64,000 nt of DNA, taken from Bacilli bacterium. GTDB taxonomy: Bacteria > Bacillota_I > Bacilli_A > ML615J-28 > CAG-313. Positions 1-8,741 of the stretch are shown one piece after another. Position numbers and translations under genes: made by a program. How positions within the stretch are numbered: position 1 is the stretch's first letter; the number at the start of each line of letters is the position of its first letter. Under the pieces are notes generated by a model, which worked only from the letters and a program-made list of their open reading frames with translations, was not told the origin of the DNA and searched no databases. The stretch spans positions 2,094-66,093 of the forward strand of contig JAFQFT010000021.1 in assembly GCA_017398545.1 (NCBI GenBank), in the 5' to 3' direction.

Positions 1-203
1 ATTCAAAAGAAGCAAATAACGATGTTGAATTTGCAAGTTTTGAAGGAAAACCCTCAATTAATACAGAGATCTATTGTGATGCAGTGAATTGTGTTTATGA
101 AAAAAATCAAAAATGTTATGCTGATAGAGTTGAAATTCTAAAAGATAATAGCGATAAAAATAAACATGCAACTCACTGTCAAACTTTTGAACCAATTGAT
201 TAA
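1..203 (+). CDS. C-terminal part of a small Cys-rich DUF1540-like protein (5' end outside window)
   Basis: Frame 3 is open from the window edge to TAA at 201-203. The translation ...IYCDAVNCVYEKNQKCYADRVEIL...HATHCQTFEPID shows the C-x-V-x-N-C ... C-x-TF pattern I associate with DUF1540. A terminator follows. Confidence 0.45.
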   Translation, partial: SKEANNDVEFASFEGKPSINTEIYCDAVNCVYEKNQKCYADRVEILKDNSDKNKHATHCQTFEPID

Positions 204-206
204 TTA

Positions 207-237
207 ATAAACAAGCTATAATGCTTGTTTATTTTTA
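207..237 (+). terminator. Rho-independent terminator
   Basis: 10-bp stem ATAAACAAGC/GCTTGTTTAT with loop TATAAT, followed by TTTTT. Confidence 0.65.
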
Positions 238-296
238 GTTATAAGAGTTGAAATATTTTAAAGATTATGGTATAATAAATGATGAGGTAAATATTA

Positions 297-761
297 ATGA
301 AAAGATTTTTAATATTAATAATTATTTTCATTTGTTTAATCAGTGTTAGTGGTTGTAAGAGTAAATTCACATACGACGATATGTCTAAAGTTACCTATGA
401 AACATTACTAGATTTAAATGGTAGTTATATTGTTGTTGCATATCAAGCTAATTGTGCAAACTGTGAAAAGTTAAAAGGTACAGTTTACGACTATATAAAG
501 TATGTTGAAAAAAATCCTGATGCGATGCCAATTTATGCTATAAATATAAATATGGCTATAAATAAAAAAATGCTTTTATTAAAAGAGGAAGATTATCCAT
601 CTAATATGATTGGAGCAACAAATTATAAAAATGTAAAGATTAAAACAACTCCAAGTATTATGGTAATTAAAAATAAAACTTTAATTAAAGTTATCTCAGA
701 TTACAACACACTTACCCCTGTTACAGATGGGAAAGAATATTTTAAAGAATTAATGAAATAA
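297..761 (+). CDS. Thioredoxin-fold-like lipoprotein
   Basis: Signal peptide plus lipobox (ISVSG|C), a single CxxC (CANC), and size and layout typical of a thioredoxin-like protein. A GAGG Shine-Dalgarno lies upstream. Confidence 0.45.
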   Translation: MKRFLILIIIFICLISVSGCKSKFTYDDMSKVTYETLLDLNGSYIVVAYQANCANCEKLKGTVYDYIKYVEKNPDAMPIYAININMAINKKMLLLKEEDYPSNMIGATNYKNVKIKTTPSIMVIKNKTLIKVISDYNTLTPVTDGKEYFKELMK

Positions 762-780
762 AAACAGGAGAATTAATAAA

Positions 781-1242
781 ATGGCAAACTCAAAAAAATC
801 AAACATTAAAATGGATACAACAAAATTAATTTTTACAATTAGTTATATCGTTGTTACACTTGTTGCACTTGTATTTGTATGTGTTCTTTGTGCAAAACCT
901 TTTAAAATCGATAGTTATGATGATTTAAAACAAGTTGATTATAAAACTTATAAAACACAAGATGCTGAAGAATATTATGTGTTTATCTATGATGATTCAA
1001 GAAAAGGTAATGATTGGTGTAAAGATGTTGTTCTTCAATACGCTAATAAAGCAAGAACACTTTCTAATTATGCACCAATTTATGGTTATGATTTAGAAAA
1101 AGCTGGTTTAGGTAAACTTGAAACTGAACTTAGTTTAAGTAACGTGCCTGCTTTACTACATTTTAAATCAGGAGCAGTTAATAAAACATATACAAAATGG
1201 TCAGATATTATGAATACATTATCTGATATTATGAACAAATAA
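781..1242 (+). CDS. Membrane-anchored thioredoxin-like paralogue lacking the CxxC
   Basis: N-terminal TM helix (LIFTISYIVVTLVALVFVCVLCA). Same length and layout as the preceding ORF, but only one Cys at the CxxC position (NDWCKD). An AGGAG RBS lies upstream. Confidence 0.35.
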   Translation: MANSKKSNIKMDTTKLIFTISYIVVTLVALVFVCVLCAKPFKIDSYDDLKQVDYKTYKTQDAEEYYVFIYDDSRKGNDWCKDVVLQYANKARTLSNYAPIYGYDLEKAGLGKLETELSLSNVPALLHFKSGAVNKTYTKWSDIMNTLSDIMNK

Positions 1243-1252
1243 TATCTTTAAT

Positions 1253-1289
1253 ATAATCCCAACAATAATGTTGGGATTATAATTCTTTT
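1253..1289 (+). terminator. Rho-independent terminator of the 297-1242 gene pair
   Basis: 12-bp perfect stem ATAATCCCAACA/TGTTGGGATTAT followed by a T-rich tail. Confidence 0.6.
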
Positions 1290-1294
1290 ACAGT

Positions 1295-1324
1295 TAAAAA
1301 TGTCACTACAAAAAGTAGTGACAT
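1295..1324 (-). terminator. Rho-independent terminator of the 1331-3634 lipoprotein gene
   Basis: 10-bp stem ATGTCACTAC/GTAGTGACAT, flanked by an A-run on plus (a T-run on minus) directly after the stop codon. Confidence 0.6.
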
Positions 1325-1330
1325 TTTATT

Positions 1331-3634
1331 TTATGAAATTTTATTTAATTCTTCAATAACTTTATTAGCTAACACTTGCATACCTGAATAATTAGGATGT
1401 GCAGAGTCTACTAAGTGACCTGCAAGTGAAGCATCTGAACAATCAAGAACTTGTAAATTAAAGTCTTTTGCTTTAGTCTTAATTATATCGTTATAAGTTT
1501 TTTGTTCTTCTGCATCATAAAATACTGATGATAATAGAGTCATTAAAATAATTTCTGAATTTGGACAAAGTTGTTGTAAATTTTGAAGCATTTCAGAATA
1601 TCCTTTATCAAACATTTGTGAAGTAACAAATCCACTTGCACAGTCATTTGAACCCATGTAAATTAAAATTACATCAGGAGCTTCTCCATTAATTGTTGTA
1701 TATTCAAGTCTTTCCATATTCTTAGTCGCGTTAATTGAAGTATCAGCAACACAGGAACCAGAATATGAATTATTAACAAACAATGTACCACCCATTTTAT
1801 TAATTACTTGCATCCACCATGTCATATTAACATTAGATACATCAGCAGTAGGGTATGGATAAAAATAACTAAATCCATCTGGAATATAATTTAGATATGT
1901 AGAAATACTATCACCAATAATTGAGAAACTCTTTCCATTGAATCTATTAGAACCAAATTCATATTGACCAGTAATTGTAGTATCTTCAGTAATATTGTAA
2001 TTTATCTTATCCCAACCAATAAATTTATAACCTTCATAAGTTGGTGCAGCAGGATAAATTACGCTACCACCTTTGTGACATTTAGTTGTACTAATAGTTT
2101 CGCCGTCTTTACCAACAAAAGTTACATCACAAAGTTCAATGATATTTGCTTCAGCTTCAGTTACTATAGAAATATTATCAATAGTAGTTTTAATAACAGC
2201 ATTAATAATTAATGCAGGATTTTCTTTACTTGTAGCTGTTAAAATACAATAACCTGCTGAGTTAATTGTAATAGATGAATAAGTTGAAACTGTTGCAATA
2301 GTGGAATCACTTGTTGTCCAATTATATTTAAGAACACTTGTTTCAACACCTGCAGGGAAAATAGGTTGGAATACATAAAGATTACTATTTGAAAGAGGAA
2401 CTTTTTTTATTTCATTAAAATGATATTCCGTTTCTTCTAACTTAATTAAGTTTTGTTTTTCAACCTCTACAAACTTAGCTTGTAAAATATAATCAGCAGT
2501 AGAATCAGCATCAATCATACTATAAGGTGTTAATGAAATTTCATTTAAGAACCAACCTACAAAATAATAACCATCTTTTTCTGGAGTAGGTAGAACAACT
2601 TCTTCACCAAATGTATAAGATGTAGGTGTAAGATTTAATTTTTCTTCACCAAAATAATATTCAATACGACCTTTAATTTTATTACCAACAGCATAAATTT
2701 CTAAATCATCAGTTACTGAAGAGAAATCCTTATCCCAACCAGTAAATTCATAATATTCATCCGATAAAACTTCAGGTGCTGTAGCTGCTTCTTCGTATTT
2801 AACATTTTCAGTTTTAATAACATTACCACTTAAATCATAGAATGTAACAACATATTCATATTTTTCAAACACAGCATGTACCTCAAGATCGCTTGTTACT
2901 TTTTTATAAGAAATATCCCAACCAACAAATTCATAACCTGTTTTTCTAGGTCTTGTTGGAGCAACAGCATTTTTACCATGTTCTACAGTCTTTACTGCGT
3001 GAACTTCACCATCAACATAGAAAGTAACTGTATAAGTTTTAGTGTAAAAAACTGCATTAACAACTAAATTGCTTGTAACATTGTCAAATACTTTATCCCA
3101 ACCAACAAAAGAATAACCCTCTTTTTCTGGAGTTAATCCTACAGCACTTTCTCCATGATTAACTGTTTCTGTTTTTAATACAGTATCACCATCCATAAAT
3201 GTTACAGTATAAGTAAAACAAGAAAAATTTGCATTAACTGTTAAATCACTTTTTACATTGTTAAACTCTTTATCCCAACCAACAAAAGTATAACCCTCTT
3301 TTTCAGGTGTTAAACCAATAGCACTTTCTCCATAATTAACAGTTTCTGTTTTTAATATAGTATTACCATCTTTAAATATTACAGTGTATGTATTAATAGA
3401 AAACTCTGCATTAACTGTTAAATCACTTGTAACATTATCAAACTCTTTATCCCAACCTGTAAAAGTATAACCCTCTTTTTCAGGAATTAGACCTAAGGCA
3501 CTATCGCCTTTTTTTACTTCTTCAGTCTTTAATACAGTATCACCATCCATAAATGTTACTGTATAAGTTTTTTTACAACTTGTTACAAAACATGCAGCAC
3601 ATATTACAAAAATTATAAGTAATGATTTTTTCAT
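1331..3634 (-). CDS. Surface lipoprotein: Listeria-Bacteroides (InlB B-type) repeats + Big_2-like segment + C-terminal SGNH/GDSL hydrolase
   Basis: Lipobox (FVTS|C). About seven ~45-aa repeats of the form YTVTF.DG.TVLKTE.V..G.SA.GL.PEKEGYTF.GWDKEF.NVTSDL. C-terminal SGNH block motifs IIGDSIS, GSNDC and DSAHPN. Confidence 0.75.
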   Translation of the reverse strand: MKKSLLIIFVICAACFVTSCKKTYTVTFMDGDTVLKTEEVKKGDSALGLIPEKEGYTFTGWDKEFDNVTSDLTVNAEFSINTYTVIFKDGNTILKTETVNYGESAIGLTPEKEGYTFVGWDKEFNNVKSDLTVNANFSCFTYTVTFMDGDTVLKTETVNHGESAVGLTPEKEGYSFVGWDKVFDNVTSNLVVNAVFYTKTYTVTFYVDGEVHAVKTVEHGKNAVAPTRPRKTGYEFVGWDISYKKVTSDLEVHAVFEKYEYVVTFYDLSGNVIKTENVKYEEAATAPEVLSDEYYEFTGWDKDFSSVTDDLEIYAVGNKIKGRIEYYFGEEKLNLTPTSYTFGEEVVLPTPEKDGYYFVGWFLNEISLTPYSMIDADSTADYILQAKFVEVEKQNLIKLEETEYHFNEIKKVPLSNSNLYVFQPIFPAGVETSVLKYNWTTSDSTIATVSTYSSITINSAGYCILTATSKENPALIINAVIKTTIDNISIVTEAEANIIELCDVTFVGKDGETISTTKCHKGGSVIYPAAPTYEGYKFIGWDKINYNITEDTTITGQYEFGSNRFNGKSFSIIGDSISTYLNYIPDGFSYFYPYPTADVSNVNMTWWMQVINKMGGTLFVNNSYSGSCVADTSINATKNMERLEYTTINGEAPDVILIYMGSNDCASGFVTSQMFDKGYSEMLQNLQQLCPNSEIILMTLLSSVFYDAEEQKTYNDIIKTKAKDFNLQVLDCSDASLAGHLVDSAHPNYSGMQVLANKVIEELNKIS

Positions 3635-3655
3635 GTCATCTCTCCTTTTATATAA

Positions 3656-4624
3656 CTATTTAGATATTGCTTCCATAATCATTGTTTTAACATTATCATA
3701 TGTACATTTTAGTAAGAATTCACCAATCGGAAGGTATTTCACCTTTTTAATACGATCTTCTTTTGCAGCTAACTCTCCTATTTTATCTACTCTAAATATT
3801 AAAGGGTAGATAATTTTTTTAACTAATTTATTGTGGTGATTAATAAATGTTATTTCAAATGGATTTAGTTTATTAACATAATTATCTTTAGTAATTACTT
3901 CATTAGTTTCTTCGAAACATTCTCTTATTGCCGCATCAAGTACTGATTCACCTTTTTCAATATGTCCTTTAGGTAAAGAAAGCGTTGGTCTATCATATAC
4001 TTCTTCAACAGTTGTTAAAACTAAATCTTTATAAAATACAATTGCCATTGCACTTTCTTCTTCTAAATACTTAGAATCTAGAAAATCATGAACCAATGCT
4101 TCTGCATCACTATTACTCATAAGAGTCCCATCAATTGGATTTTGATTAAACTTTCTTGAATTAAAATATAGTATTTCTGGTTTTGTATTTTCATTTACTT
4201 GATATTTCAACGCATCATAAAAGTTTGTATGACAAGAATTAGATACAACAATAAACTTTTTATTGATACTTAAATATCGATTAAGTAAATCTTTATTTCC
4301 ATTAAAGAAACCACAACTTCTTTCATTAAACAAGAAATAATTACTATTAGGATAGTCACAATAATTAGGGAGTACAAAAATCGTTTCTTCCGACTGAACA
4401 ATCGATTTAAAAATTTCATTAATCCCATCGTTTACTTTACATCTTTTCTTGAAACATTCATAATCACAATGTCCACAAGAAGAGTAAGTATTTTCATAAA
4501 AATTATAAATTTTTACTTTTTTATCTTTAAAGTGTTTTTTTATTACACCAGATATTCGGTAACAATTACCATCTTTTCTACTACTAAAATTTACTACAAC
4601 AATCATCTTATATACCACTTTCAA
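3656..4624 (-). CDS. Fusion protein: flavodoxin-like/FMN-reductase-like N-domain + NUDIX hydrolase C-domain
   Basis: The N-terminus MIVVVNFSSRKDGNCYRIS...CGHCDYEC resembles the flavodoxin / iron-sulfur flavoprotein family. The C-terminal Nudix box is GHIEKGESVLDAAIRECFEETN. The true start is probably the internal MIVVV Met. Confidence 0.55.
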   Translation of the reverse strand: MKVVYKMIVVVNFSSRKDGNCYRISGVIKKHFKDKKVKIYNFYENTYSSCGHCDYECFKKRCKVNDGINEIFKSIVQSEETIFVLPNYCDYPNSNYFLFNERSCGFFNGNKDLLNRYLSINKKFIVVSNSCHTNFYDALKYQVNENTKPEILYFNSRKFNQNPIDGTLMSNSDAEALVHDFLDSKYLEEESAMAIVFYKDLVLTTVEEVYDRPTLSLPKGHIEKGESVLDAAIRECFEETNEVITKDNYVNKLNPFEITFINHHNKLVKKIIYPLIFRVDKIGELAAKEDRIKKVKYLPIGEFLLKCTYDNVKTMIMEAISK

Positions 4625-4686
4625 ATTCTTCTACTTATAGTATAACATAATTACTTAAAAAAGTATTAATATTAAAGAATTAATTA

Positions 4687-7600
4687 TTAATTACATAATT
4701 TATATGTTCGATCAAGTAATGAATACAAGTATGTATTAACTTTCTTTTTAAAAGTTTTTTCAATAAATTCTTCATAAATAGCTAATTGTTTTAAATAAGA
4801 GTCATCAATTATATTTTTTGTCTTATAATCTATAATATCAATATAATCATCATACACTATCATTAAATCAATTATTCCAGAAGTATTAGTATCAATATCA
4901 TAGAATTCATACTCTTTATAAACTTTTCCCATATTAATATTTTTTAATAAATCAGATGCTAAAAAATCTTTAATAATAGAGCTATAATACTCATCATTTA
5001 TTAAACTATAATCAGGATTCATAAAATCAATCATTTCAAGTAAAAAATGAATCTTGGTACCAAACTCCATATTTTTCTTTGAAGAATTAATATCTAATTT
5101 TTTAGAAGCTCTAAACTTTTTAATAACGCTATTATCAACATCTAATTGTTTAATAATTAAATTCTCTTTTTTTATATCTTCATTTTGACTAGTTAATAAA
5201 ACTTTTTTAGTATTAATATCAATTACTCTTTTATCAAATAAATAACTATCAATAAAAGGATCAATAAATAACTTAAACGACTTCATAGAAGAATAATCTA
5301 ACTGATACTTTTTCTTATCAACAATTACTTTATATATATCATCTACAGTATAATTTAATTCTTCTTTTTTATCACATACATCAAAATTAATGTCAAGAGT
5401 AAAACCAAATAAACTAATATATTCTTTAAACTCATCTAAAGTTATCAATTTATCTAAATAATCTTTAAATATTAATTTTAAACTTGCATCATATTCAAAG
5501 CGTCTCTTAGGAGCATTTTTAATATATTTGATAATATCAATCATTTTATTATTAGGTATAATATCTACTTCATAATTTAACTCATCTAAGAAAATAGAAT
5601 CATCAAAATTAAAGTTAAATTTATAACCTAAATAATCAGTGATTAATAGTAATTCATCTTTATTAATAAGTTTATTATTATAATCATAAATACTTCTAAT
5701 TAAATAATCTTCATTAGGATATTCACTAAAATAAAATTTATAGTATTTAAGAATATCTTTAATATCTGAATAATTATTAAGTAGTTTATCAATAAAATAT
5801 TTGTCTTTAAATTCATTATAAACATATCTTGGATTAATAATTAACTTATTTAAATCAAAATCTATACTTTCTATATCTACTTTTTCTAAATAACTTTCAT
5901 TTACTTTGTAATCTAACAACTTCATAAAGTTTATATATTCTAAAAGTGTAATACGACCTATTTTATAGTTAGATGTAGCATCTATTACTTTCATGTAATT
6001 TTCAATATATGAATCACGCATATATTCACTACTTGTTTTAATTAAATTTTCTATAAAATATTCATAAGTTAAATTAAAAACATCTGTTTCTTTTAACTTA
6101 TAGAACTCATCACATAACTCATAACCATATAAATCTAAAACTCTATAAAAAACATCTAAATCAATTTCTTTATTTAAGAAACTATTAATGATTCTTTCAT
6201 ATCTAGTTTTTACATCTAAATTATTTAAATTATTGTCATTTATATAACTATATAAAACCTTATTATTATGTTTATCAAATAACGCATTATACTCTTCATT
6301 ATTTAAAACAAAAATCATCTTTTCTTTTGTTCTAGTTAAAGCAACATAAAATAACCTTATTTGTTCATTAATTTGATCAATTGTTTCTATATCTTTATTT
6401 AATGTTTTTAAGATATTTTCTTTTTCATCATCATTTGGTTTTAGAATAAGACCATATTTAGATGATACTCCAAAATCATTTTTAGTTTCTTCTAAATTAA
6501 ATGTCTTATATAATCCTGAAAAATATACAATCTTAAACTCTAATCCTTTAGACTTATGAACGTTCATAAGTTTTACACTATCAATATTAGAACCAGTTGA
6601 AGAAAGAGTTATTTTCAAATTATATGTTTCTATATATTCTAAATATAATAAGAAGTCATCAAGCGTATAATCAAGACGAGTCATTTCTTTAAATAGATTT
6701 ATAAATAAGTCTAAATACATTTCATTTTTTATAACATTACCTGAAAATGCACATTTATTATATATATCTAAATCAAATATTAAAGCTTCAATTTTTGCAG
6801 AAAGTGGTAGTGAAGAATTATTATATAAAGATTCTTTAATTGATTTAAAAATTTCTGTTTCTTTATATATATTATTTTTACATATTTGATAAATTTCATC
6901 ATCACTATAATTGTATAAAAAACTTCTCGCAACACCAACAAATGCTTTTTTAAATTCTTTTTTATAATAATCTTTATTAAAAATTGATTTTACTATTTTT
7001 AATAAATTACCTAACAATTTAACTATTTGTGTATTTTTAATATTTTCATCATTTACAATATATAAAGGTATTTGATAACTAGAAAAGACTTTATAATAAT
7101 CCTCAAATGCAGTTCCTCTATCCATTAAAATACAAAAATCAGAAAACTTTACATCTCTCAGCGCTTTTTTACCATCGATTTCATCAAGTACTTGATAATG
7201 ATTGTTAATTTTATCAATAATATCTCTTGCGATTAAGGTTGCTTCAGTTGTAATACTTTCATCACCTTTTACATTATGAATCAAAAAGTCAGAGTGAGAT
7301 GAAACATCTAGTTTTCCAAATTCCTCAAAATCAGTATTTCCACATTCAATTAAATGGTCATCAATATAAGATGCACCACCATATTCAGTTGTCATAAGAT
7401 TCTTAAATATATAGTTAATGTCATCTAGTACTTCACGTCTAGATCTAAAGTTTTTATTTAAGTCTATTGCAAGACCTTCGCCTTTATATTTAAAACGATT
7501 ATACTTATCAATAAAAATATCACATCTTGCATTTCTAAATCGATATATAGATTGTTTAACATCACCGACCATATAAACATTGTTATTTTCAATTAAATTT

Positions 7601-8739
7601 ATAAATGCTTCTTGAAGAATAGATGTATCTTGATATTCATCAATCATTATCATTTTAAAGTGAGATTTAAGCGAGTTTCTAACTTCTATATTATTCTTTA
7701 CTAAATTAAGTGCTAATTTAGCAATATCATTAAATTCATAGATTTGATATGTAGATTTATACTTTTTAAGTCTATTATCAACTTCTTTAACAAGTTTTAT
7801 TAAAGTTTCTGCATACTTAACATTATCTTTAAAATATTCAATAAATTCTAAACTTGAATTAGGCAATTTCTTAATCTGTTTTACTAATTTATCATATTCT
7901 TTTTTAAATACATCAATTGACTCTTTATCAGCATCACTTAACCCTTTAGGAGCTCTTACATCAAGTTTTTCTGGAATATTAGAAACAATCTCATCATAAG
8001 TAGTAGCGTTGATAAAGCCACCTAATAATTCACATACTCTACTGTAATATGTATCAGAACTACCCTTTTTAAGCACTACATCTGGTAAGTTTAAGATTAA
8101 GTTTTTAATAATAGGGATATATAATTTTAGCTTATTTGTATATATATCAATAACTTCATTAATAAAGTCATCACTGTAATATTTATTAATAAAATTGTCT
8201 AAATAATCGATAGTATCAAGTTCATTTAAAGAATGATTATAAAACTTAAATACAAGTGTTCTAATTTCTTCATCATCATTAAAACAAAAACGATCAATTA
8301 AATTTAAAAACTCTGTATCTTTAAGTTTATACATTTCTTCAAATAAATCATTAATAATTGTTCTTTTACGAACAGAAATAATATTTGAGTCTACAATTGA
8401 AATGTTAGCAGATACTCCAAGTAAAAAGTGATACTTTTTTACAAGTGCAAGAGCATATGAATCAAATGTACAAATATCAGAAGTATCTACAAATGCCGCA
8501 TCAGGTAAATTATTACTTTTTAATTTCTTTCTAATACGATCTTTCATTTCTCCAGCTGCAAGATTAGTAAATGTAAGAATTAAGAAATCACTTAACCTAA
8601 ACCCGTGTTCTTTTATGAAATAAATAACACGTTCTGTTAAAACAAAAGTCTTACCACTACCAGCACCAGCAGAAACAATAATGTTTTTACCATATTCTTT
8701 AATAGCAGCCTTTTGACCGTTAGTTAATTCTAATGACAT
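4687..8739 (-). CDS. addA: ATP-dependent helicase/nuclease subunit A (AddA/RexA)
   Basis: UvrD-type motifs GAGSGKT, DEYQDTS, VGDVKQSIYRFR and YVALTRTKE. C-terminal PD-(D/E)xK nuclease (DLMIVY...IDIIDYKT). Lies immediately downstream of addB/rexB. Confidence 0.85.
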   Translation of the reverse strand: MSLELTNGQKAAIKEYGKNIIVSAGAGSGKTFVLTERVIYFIKEHGFRLSDFLILTFTNLAAGEMKDRIRKKLKSNNLPDAAFVDTSDICTFDSYALALVKKYHFLLGVSANISIVDSNIISVRKRTIINDLFEEMYKLKDTEFLNLIDRFCFNDDEEIRTLVFKFYNHSLNELDTIDYLDNFINKYYSDDFINEVIDIYTNKLKLYIPIIKNLILNLPDVVLKKGSSDTYYSRVCELLGGFINATTYDEIVSNIPEKLDVRAPKGLSDADKESIDVFKKEYDKLVKQIKKLPNSSLEFIEYFKDNVKYAETLIKLVKEVDNRLKKYKSTYQIYEFNDIAKLALNLVKNNIEVRNSLKSHFKMIMIDEYQDTSILQEAFINLIENNNVYMVGDVKQSIYRFRNARCDIFIDKYNRFKYKGEGLAIDLNKNFRSRREVLDDINYIFKNLMTTEYGGASYIDDHLIECGNTDFEEFGKLDVSSHSDFLIHNVKGDESITTEATLIARDIIDKINNHYQVLDEIDGKKALRDVKFSDFCILMDRGTAFEDYYKVFSSYQIPLYIVNDENIKNTQIVKLLGNLLKIVKSIFNKDYYKKEFKKAFVGVARSFLYNYSDDEIYQICKNNIYKETEIFKSIKESLYNNSSLPLSAKIEALIFDLDIYNKCAFSGNVIKNEMYLDLFINLFKEMTRLDYTLDDFLLYLEYIETYNLKITLSSTGSNIDSVKLMNVHKSKGLEFKIVYFSGLYKTFNLEETKNDFGVSSKYGLILKPNDDEKENILKTLNKDIETIDQINEQIRLFYVALTRTKEKMIFVLNNEEYNALFDKHNNKVLYSYINDNNLNNLDVKTRYERIINSFLNKEIDLDVFYRVLDLYGYELCDEFYKLKETDVFNLTYEYFIENLIKTSSEYMRDSYIENYMKVIDATSNYKIGRITLLEYINFMKLLDYKVNESYLEKVDIESIDFDLNKLIINPRYVYNEFKDKYFIDKLLNNYSDIKDILKYYKFYFSEYPNEDYLIRSIYDYNNKLINKDELLLITDYLGYKFNFNFDDSIFLDELNYEVDIIPNNKMIDIIKYIKNAPKRRFEYDASLKLIFKDYLDKLITLDEFKEYISLFGFTLDINFDVCDKKEELNYTVDDIYKVIVDKKKYQLDYSSMKSFKLFIDPFIDSYLFDKRVIDINTKKVLLTSQNEDIKKENLIIKQLDVDNSVIKKFRASKKLDINSSKKNMEFGTKIHFLLEMIDFMNPDYSLINDEYYSSIIKDFLASDLLKNINMGKVYKEYEFYDIDTNTSGIIDLMIVYDDYIDIIDYKTKNIIDDSYLKQLAIYEEFIEKTFKKKVNTYLYSLLDRTYKLCN

Positions 8740-8741
8740 AT

